A stretch of DNA of 64,000 nucleotides from Veleropilina oligotropha (taxonomy: Eukaryota), in NCBI GenBank assembly GCA_048128005.1, contig JBEUKZ010000006.1:1-64000 (forward strand), written 5' to 3'. The position numbers were made by a program, and so were the translations under genes. The stretch's first letter is position 1, and each line of letters opens with the position of its first letter. Below the pieces are notes generated by a model. That model ran no database searches. It saw nothing but the letters and a program-made list of their open reading frames with translations, and was not told the DNA's origin. Of this stretch, positions 56,001-64,000 are shown in pieces.

Positions 56001-59000
56001 ATTCCCAAACGAAAACTGAAATCTTTCGGTTATCGATCGTTTGCACATGCGGCATCGACCCTCTGGAATAAGCTTCCTTTACCTCTCAAACAGTCTCCAT
56101 CTCTGAACTCGTTCAAAGCATCGTTGAAAACTTACTTATTTCGGCTGTATTACGTATAAATCGTTTATTTATATCAATGTAGCGCTATGAGCATGCATTC
56201 GTGGGTGGATATGGCGCAATATAAATTTCCATTATTATTATTATTATTATTATTATTTAAGTGTACCCAGCGGACAAGGCATTGATGCATCATTCCGTGT
56301 ACCCAGCGGACAAGGCATTGATGCATCATTCCATGGCTGCCATCCAGATAAAGAGTGATGATAAATCTCCTATTAAAACCAGCTATTTAAGTTTGTAATT
56401 TTATCAACATATCGATAATTTAATGTTACACTTGTTACAGGTAAATTTATTTTCAAAACATTTCAAAATAGTCTTACGATTGTTTAATGCCACTGATTAG
56501 CTACCATGTTCTATCATATAAGCACATTCCCCCATTGACTTGTTTATCTAAAAAAATATGTCAAAAACCATGTATTGGACATTTTGGAAACTGGTTCCAA
56601 TAATATTGATTGACCATCGAAGTGCACATTGGACGTTTGTGTTTCAGTTCCTCGTCGCAACATGACAGTTCTACAGCCTCAGAGTACCCCTGGTCATCGC
56701 CGAGTAGGGATACCGCATGGACATACAGCAGATTGCTGTGAATCCGATGACAAACGCATGGATCTCGCAGAAGAACGGAGAATGAAACGAGAAGATAATG
56801 GTAAGTGATCAGCGGATTAGTACCCGTGCAAAATAAGTCTCTTCCTTCAAGTTCCTTGGAATTTTATTTATAATAAAAGTTCAAAAATGTTCCATGTAGG
56901 ACCACGCTATATTATCAACGAAGCCATCTTGCAGCATTGTTTTTATGGGAAGGGGGAGAGGTTAAGGTGATTCTTAGAGAAAAGTAATTTTTCTCTTAGC
57001 TAACAGCATCTTTACAGAATAAAATAATTATGTTCTGTTTAATTCTTCTGGCAAGCCAAATATTATGAAGACTCGATATCATATTGTCAGCGAAATAACA
57101 GGTGTAAACAACAACTGCCATCAAAGACAAAGAAACACTTGACGCAGGAGAATAAGACCGCACTCGATGAAACCCTTTAAATTCTCAACCAGTGGGCTTC
57201 CATATTGCAAATCTTCGTATAGATAGACAAGAATACGGTAATGTAATGAAGAGTCTTATGACATATAACCTGGTCAGATCCCAGTATAACTTGTAAGAGT
57301 GCGTCAAACTTACAAAATAGGAAAGCGTTGTCACTTACAACATATGAAAGCGTTGTCGGCTGCAATAACTGGCGCGGCATCACGTTACCCGGCAATATCT
57401 TCTGTGCCTTAGTGCTTTGACTACTTGGAGCGGTCGCCGTGTACTTCGCGAGTATCGGGCGGGGTGTTGCGGCCGGTGCGCATGCAAAAACTTCCGAAAA
57501 CCATTGTCAATTTGATAGACTTCGTTGATTGTATCCTCCGAGAGTCACTGTGAGACTACGAAAGGAGTGACCATCAGAATAATAATTGTGAAACAACAAA
57601 CCATGCCGACCGGCGAGGACCATTCAAATTGCGCTGTCAGTCAACAACCACCTAGCGTGGTAGCATGGTAACACAATTAGGAATACGAAGCAGATGTAAA
57701 TACAAGAATAGCCAAAACAGATGCAGCGTTCCAGCAAATGTTTCCAATAATGTCAACAAAAAGAACATCGCCTGTACAATGCCATCTCTTGTCAAATGTG
57801 ATCTAAGCCAGCCACGCGCACAAAGCCAGCCCAACACTGCTGCTGTTGTGCCAGAAATGACCATCTGCTGCCAAATTTATTAGTTGCAATCATATCACCA
57901 AGGAATAAATTGTGAAGAGAGCTGGTCAAATAATGCAATATAACATCTTGCCAAACGCAAGCTTCGTTTAACGGTCCCATACCCGGTATGGTATAAGACC
58001 ACAATACAGAGGATTCCACTATGAAATAAGTCTTCTGTCTGACGGTTCAGAAAATATATAAAAAAGTCACCCGACTACGTAATGACCATAGCAGTTCTGC
58101 GGTATATCCATAGTCGAAATTTGTCTGTATACAGACTTTTTCAACTGCAGTTAATAGTATCAAATGTGCACAACAATTAATAATTTATTTTGTCAGCGTC
58201 TTCCGTTTTATCAGTGATGCAATAGTTCATCATTTTTTTCTGTTCGCAGATAACGTGATCTCCGACGGCTCGTATCCCAACAAGAGCGAGAGCAGCCGGT
58301 CCGTGGGACTATCATCATCACTGGTAGGTATAGCAAAGGCTAGCAAATATATGTGTCGCCTGTAGGGCCGATGTAGTATTGCCAGGACATAATATTATGT
58401 GTCGCCTGTTGGGCCAACATAGTATTGTCAGGACTCCGCGACCATGTTGGTTTTGTCTTAATTCATTTCTCGTAATCCGATGCCATTTGTGGATATATTC
58501 TGGAATGTCTTCTATCACATACACCAATGAGGGTTCACTCAAACCGACGTCACTCAGATATAACAACAATTCAATTCTCCGCAAAGAAACGTTGACAACC
58601 GTCTTTGCAAATCGTCCCGAAATATCAAATATTTTGCATTTAGGTACTGATGTTTGTAAGTCTCGTGGATAAATTACGACAATTCGGATTACGATACATT
58701 TATACAAAACTCTCTCATCATCTCTCGCGAATTGATCAAGTATTCTCTCTCATGAATTGATAAAGGTTAAAATAAAGGTATAAGAAATTTACGTTCATTT
58801 ATTTTTTGTTATTCAACGTTCTGGATCAGTGACAGGGTGAGTTCTGGGATGCACGGAAGTTTATCGTGAATATTACAAAATCTTCTTACAACATACATTT
58901 ATTTGATAGTATACAGAATTAAAGAGATATCTTGTATCTTTTTTCATGATCTATGTATGGTATATACTTTCAATATATTTTCATTCTAATAGCTGCGTTT

Positions 59001-59477
59001 TGAAATGTGTATATTGTAATGTGATTTTCGGGTTTTTTTTTCTTCTAGAGAACTGAAGAAGATCAGCCCACTCATAAATATACAGGTAACCAGTCAACGG
59101 GAATTGTTCCCCAGCATGAAATATTCATGAACGCTTTGCGACAACGCATCAGACAAAATATACTTTCGCAAGCGAAAAATCGTGAAAATATGTTCGCAAG
59201 TAGGAAACCAAGAACATACAAGGAAAAAGCAGTAAAGAAAAGCACTCATAAAGAAAATCTTCTAATCAAACGTGAACGATTTCTTCGCACCATAAACAGT
59301 CTCCAACAGTCGGGAATGCTCACAGCCACTCTTAAGGCAGCGAGGCTCATGAACAGAAATCAAGTTATTCAGAAAGAAATGACCACATATCTGTATTGTG
59401 CAAACTTTCTAATAAAATCTGTAATGAAAAATCCACAAAATGCTCACATGCTACCAACGAAGTTTTCGAATACCTGA
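53062..59477 (+). CDS. CIPC: CLOCK-interacting pacemaker (CIPC)-like protein; predicted join(53062..53143,56648..56800,58250..58323,59049..59477), 245 aa
   Basis: All introns are GT..AG (gtaagc, gtaagt, gtaggt; tttcag, tcgcag, ttctag). Phases 1,1,0 give one open frame. An in-frame stop lies 30 nt upstream of the ATG. The C-terminus resembles the CiPC domain. Confidence 0.7.
53900..54890 (+). mobile_element. Decayed CR1 3' portion in CIPC-like intron 1, related to the 19245-21674 element
   Basis: LENRKQKVVING, KWSGDWQM, LEYA, and a 3' UTR motif aatgggttttatatgagt shared with the intact copy. Confidence 0.8.
55088..55464. promoter_or_regulatory. Candidate intronic enhancer with two canonical E-boxes
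   Basis: CACGTG at 55088-55093 and 55459-55464, plus TGACGT half-sites, in a GC-richer island with no recognisable repeat. Confidence 0.35.
55787..56257 (+). mobile_element. L2 LINE 3' fragment in CIPC-like intron 1
   Basis: HITPVLKALHWLPVKARIEYK...FG.RSF...LWNKLP...LKTYLF, then a gcgc stem-loop and (tta)n tail. Confidence 0.9.
59049..59477 (+). CDS. CIPC: Terminal coding exon carrying the CiPC-like domain
   Basis: RERFLRTINSLQQSGMLTATLKAARLMNRNQVIQKEM...IKSVMKNPQN fits the remembered family pattern RF.NT...L..SGL..IT..T.EL...N...Q.E. Strong polypyrimidine acceptor at 59033-59048; aataaa signals downstream (~59817, ~60223). Confidence 0.8.
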   Translation, partial: RTEEDQPTHKYTGNQSTGIVPQHEIFMNALRQRIRQNILSQAKNRENMFASRKPRTYKEKAVKKSTHKENLLIKRERFLRTINSLQQSGMLTATLKAARLMNRNQVIQKEMTTYLYCANFLIKSVMKNPQNAHMLPTKFSNT

Positions 59478-60299
59478 CGTCTTCACAGTTAATGATGAAG
59501 TCATATGCTTGCAGTCGTTACTGCGGACATTCATACTCAGGAAAATGCAATATTTTAATAATCATTGTAAACTTGTTCAAAGACTCTGACGATGGTTTAC
59601 TATGCAGTGTAACTTTAATATATCCGGGGTTTTTTTAAATTTGTATATATTGTTTACTTGTTAAAGTATTGTTATTAGTAATATTTCCCTTAGTAGATAA
59701 TCGTGCATTTTAGTAGTTTTGTATGTCAACGCGATTTGAAATTGAAAACGGGTATCTAGTGTGCATACCTCTTAACCTTCATGAAATGATATGTTTAACA
59801 ATATTAGCTACCAAGCAATAAATAATAATATTTTGTGACTCATTTATTCAATGTATTATTTGCCAGGTGCAAACCTAATCCATGAACATATGCCATCTTC
59901 AAACACGCTCAAAGCGGAATGATATAAAACTAATTCAATGGTCACTCCTAATGGTGCAGGTGTATTGGATGATTCATCCCTCAGTACAGTTAAGGTCCTG
60001 CCACACAGTAAACAAAGTCCTACACGTTTTGTCACATGAAACTTTTGCAGTACGTTCATTGCCATGACACACGGTTATTATATCAATCAGACTTGCATAC
60101 ATTGAAACGCAATGACAGTCACCAAAATGACTAGTAGATGGGAAACAATTACCCTATCTTTTACACACAGGCTTCTGATACTCCGGGCTCCATTCTGGCG
60201 AGCACATATTATAATTGTTCGCAATAAAAAACGCAGTGCAAACAGTGGTTGTTTCAAATTCAGAGAAAGCCATTTTTCATTAATTCGTATAAGCGAGCT

Positions 60300-60712
60300 A
60301 CATTTATCTCAAGAGAGCGGCCCTATAAAAAGTTACATTCAACTCAAGAGAGGGGCCCTATAAAAGTTACATTCAGCTCGAGAGAAGGGCCTTATAAAAA
60401 GTTACACTCAGCGCAAGAGAAGGGACCTATAAAAAATTATATTCAGCTAAAGAGAGGGGCCCTATACAAAATTAAATTCAGGTAAAGAGAGAGGTCCTAA
60501 AAAAGAGAGAGGGGCCCTATAAAAGTTACATTCAGCTCAAGAGAGGGGCCCTATGAAAAGTTATATTCAGCTCAAGAGAGGGGCCCTATAAAAAGTTATA
60601 TTCAGCTAAAGAGAAAGGCCCTATGAAAAGTTATATTCAGCTAAAGAGAGAGGGCCTTATAAAAAAATACATCCAGTTCAAGAGAAGAGCCCTATTCAGT
60701 TCAACAGAGGGG
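60300..60712 (+). repeat. Degenerate ~35-bp tandem repeat
   Basis: Unit approximately aaaagttacattcagctcaagagaggggccctat. Confidence 0.85.
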
Positions 60713-60930
60713 GAGCTCCGGCAGACTTGTGGTTTCGGTTGTTGACTCAGAAAATCATTGGCTTGATTCCGCTAACATAATTTGTTCAAGTTATGAATCA
60801 CAGTTGTCCGTAACTGGTTGGAGAGGGCAGGTTTCCCCGGACGACCGGGCTTCGTCCCGTGGTAATATGGACATGTTCTGCTTTGAACCTCAAGGTTGGA
60901 AATATACAGGACATTAATCATCGATCCTTT
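60713..60930 (+). mobile_element. tRNA-derived SINE copy with an internal deletion
   Basis: tttgttcaagttatgaa..cagttgtccgtaactgg...ggacatg...caggacattaa, matching the family. Confidence 0.7.
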
Positions 60931-62572
60931 CTTTCAAGAGACTGGTCCTATTATTGAAAGACTGTGCCTTGTAGAGAAAGTGACTTGCAGGATCAGATGA
61001 GACAATGACTCACCTAGACTTAATAATTGAGAAAATTAGCAGCGATGTCGAGTTCGGTCCAACGTATTCCATGCTGCCTGTGTGCAAAATGTTGTACCTC
61101 ATGACCATATTAAACACACAATTCTTGTGATTTCTGATGGCATGTACAAAACGAATGATGTCCTAGATGTTTACCTCGTTAATCCTCAAGACGAACACAT
61201 ACGACAAATATCTAAACGATAACTGTAGGCTCTTTTGAACACAGTGAATGTTCTCTTTTCTGTGTCAACTTCATGCATATATCAGGAACCTTTTGGACAC
61301 AAACTGGTTGAACCATCTTTACCGCAATGGTAAGTGGTTGCCATCATCATGTTAAAGCACGATTAATGAAGAATTTTTGCAATATTTCGAATAACACCAG
61401 TAGACCGATATGTTGTTGCCATATACGAGGACAATTTTTTACATCATTGTCCGCACCAATTACATTCATCATTAAATTTCTTGCATATTGTTGATTTCAT
61501 CAATACAGTTTGTTAAAAAACGGACTTGAAAAACACTACAACAATATCGGTCAGTTTGCACAGATCGAATGACGTTTTTCAACAAATTTAACAAGCTAAT
61601 CGTTGTTGATTTCAATGACCGGCCGGCGATTCCTTTCGGAAAAGAAATAACCGGGATGTCGATAACTGTTCATCTACCGATTTTTTGTGCCGATTCTTCG
61701 TCTGGAAGGAAAAATCGGTATAGATGAGCTCCCAGCATTAGTCCAAATCATTGTGAAAATGCAATTTAAAATAAATTGAATTTTTCAATGCAATAAATAT
61801 TCAGCAAACACCATCAACACGTTAAATTTTTCAAAGTACTTTATATTTGCAAAATGTATATTGAACAAAAATACCAACAAATATATCAAAATACACAAAT
61901 AGTTTATAAGGAATATGAGGAACATCAATAAACTTTACAAAATTAATAATATTGGTAGCAAATAAACATATATTTATATTTTCATAACAGTATACGTTAG
62001 TGCAAACTCTCACTGTTTGGTCCCTGTTTCTGATGCACAAGAAATACATTCAATGAACTTTTGGTGTAAAATGGATAAATACATACTGGCAACCAGTTCT
62101 ATATTAATGTTGTAAACAGATATATCTACATGTACATTTTTCACAAATTTCTGTTTGGAATAAAACTACTAAAATAACTACTGTTTGTCCACTTCTTTCA
62201 GAACAATGCATTCAACGAAAATCTTCAAAAGAGATACTTATTTTGTTGCCGTCTCCTGTACATATATAGCATGATAACGTTTTGAGTGTGCATGACAGAT
62301 TAATGAGAGAGGAAAACATACAAATTTCTTTTAGAAAGACTGGAATAACCATCTGCCGGTTACAAATCTGCAGTTGAAATCATTTGACATAGCTCTTGCA
62401 AGATTCAACTGTCCTCGATTGTTCAACTGGTTGAGCATCTGAAACACTGTACTGAACAGTAGGAAGCATTCCCGTGACGCCGGTATGGCTTATTCTGATG
62501 CTAAAAACTAGAACGGATCGTTTACCCATCATTCAAATGGAGAGATTAATCCAACGTTCAGACTACAGACAT

Positions 62573-63614
62573 AACTTAACTATGTTCCCCGGAACATGGG
62601 TATGCCCCGGCAGCATCAATATATTAACTACCAAAGTATGTGTATACAAAAAGCGTCTTGATCACCCATATGAACTCCTTGAAAATATTTTAACTGAAAA
62701 CTTTAACAAAGTTTCTGTCTAAAAATACCAATTTTATGCAATACTTAAATTAAATTTTAGTCACGATCACTGCGATGCGACATCCATATAATAATACCAA
62801 AGCATATAAATATATTCAGAATACAGCCTTCTGCAGCCCATACACATAAACAGGAAAACTTTAACCAGATTTTACTGTTAAAAAAACACAAATTTATTTG
62901 CAATTATTATAACAAATTCAATTTTATTAAATATCACTACCAGAGTCCCCGGTAACATCCATATAATCAATACCAAAGCATACATATGCCGAAAAGACCC
63001 TTAATACAAACTTTAACTGAAAATTCTAATAAAAATTTCTATGTTAAAAATCACCAATTTATTTGCAATAATTAACTCCATTTTATCAAATATCACTGCC
63101 AAAGTCTGAGGTAACATTCATATAATCAATACCAAAGCATATAATATATGCCGAAGAGTCCCTTAAGCAGCCATATATGCTCAATGAAAAACTTCAACCA
63201 AAAATTCGAACCAGAATTTCTATGTTAAAAAACACCAATTTATTTGCAATAATTAAATTAAATTTTATTCAATATCATTGCCAGAGTATCAGGTAACGTC
63301 CATATAACCAATACCAAAGATTATATATGCCAAAAAGTCCCTTAAGCAAGCCATATACGATCAATGAAAAACTTTAACCAAAACTGCGGACATACGTACG
63401 TACATACAGACAGAGTGAAAGCAATATGCCCTCCGGACCACCGTCCCGGGGCACCCTCCGGACTATCGTCCCGGGGCATCCCTCCGGACTACCGTCCCGG
63501 GGCATCCCTCCGGACTATCGTCCCGGGGCACCCTCCGGACCACCGTCCCGGGGCATCCCTCCGGACCACCGTCCCGGGGCATCCCTCCGGACTACCGTCC
63601 CGGGGCATACAAAT
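62573..63614 (-). mobile_element. Helentron-type non-autonomous element with ~180-bp internal repeats and an expanded terminal hairpin
   Basis: Minus-strand 3' end ccggggcatac plus palindrome atgttccggggaacat. 5' end tttgtatgccccggg...gggcatattgc followed by a (tctg/tatg) tract. Confidence 0.75.
63426..63608 (+). repeat. ~26-bp GC-rich tandem array (7 copies)
   Basis: Unit ccctccggac(c/t)a(c/t)cgtcccggggca(t). Confidence 0.95.
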
Positions 63615-63756
63615 TGGTAGAATGTGGCCATAAAATATTCCAACCAAATTCTGCAAGATTCAGTTAATAGCACATAGGACAAGTATTACGTGTATGGGCA
63701 TGTGTGACAACTACAAAGCCCTGGAGACATTGACAAATGCGGAGGAGGAGGAATTA

Positions 63757-63998
63757 TGCTTAATGTCCTGCATGTTTATAACATCGAGGTTAGGACATGT
63801 CCGTGTTATCGCGGGAGGAAACCCCGGTCGCCGGGTAAACCCGCCCTCTTCGGCCAGTCACGGACAACTGTGCTTCATAACTTGAACAAATGTGTGCTGC
63901 CTCAGCCGGGGGTCGATCCCACTACTGTTCGCGTCAGTGGAAACAAGCCAGTGAATTTAGAGTGGACACTCTACCCACTGCGCTACCGAAGCGGCCTC
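63757..63998 (-). mobile_element. tRNA-derived SINE, best-preserved copy
   Basis: Minus strand starts ggccgcttcggtagcgcagtgg (A box) and has gggatcgacccc (B-box-like), followed by the family core and tail. Confidence 0.8.
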
Positions 63999-64000
63999 AT

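Noticed and set aside
57603..57671. Possible alternative coding first exon (aaaccATG, MPTGEDH...)
   Set aside because: No GT donor in the phase needed to join exon 58250; stops after 22 codons.

Overview
AT-rich, repeat-dense eukaryotic DNA, probably from an invertebrate animal; the species cannot be determined here. Most of the window is transposable-element derived. It holds CR1, L2, L2/Crack-like, RTE and I/Nimb-like LINE copies, a tRNA-derived SINE family, Helitron and Helentron-type non-autonomous elements, Tc1/mariner, Harbinger, Kolobok-like and pogo-like DNA elements, (TA)n microsatellites and several minisatellites, often nested. Two items stand out. (1) A spliced host gene that the ORF track does not reveal: four phase-compatible GT-AG exons (53062-53143, 56648-56800, 58250-58323, 59049-59477) encode 245 aa ending in a motif resembling the CLOCK-interacting pacemaker (CIPC) domain, with E-boxes in intron 1. 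(2) An apparently intact 4.5-kb hAT transposon (37729-42276) whose transposase gains a spliced N-terminal exon with NLS-like and PIP-box-like motifs. All family calls come from motifs read by eye, not from database searches.
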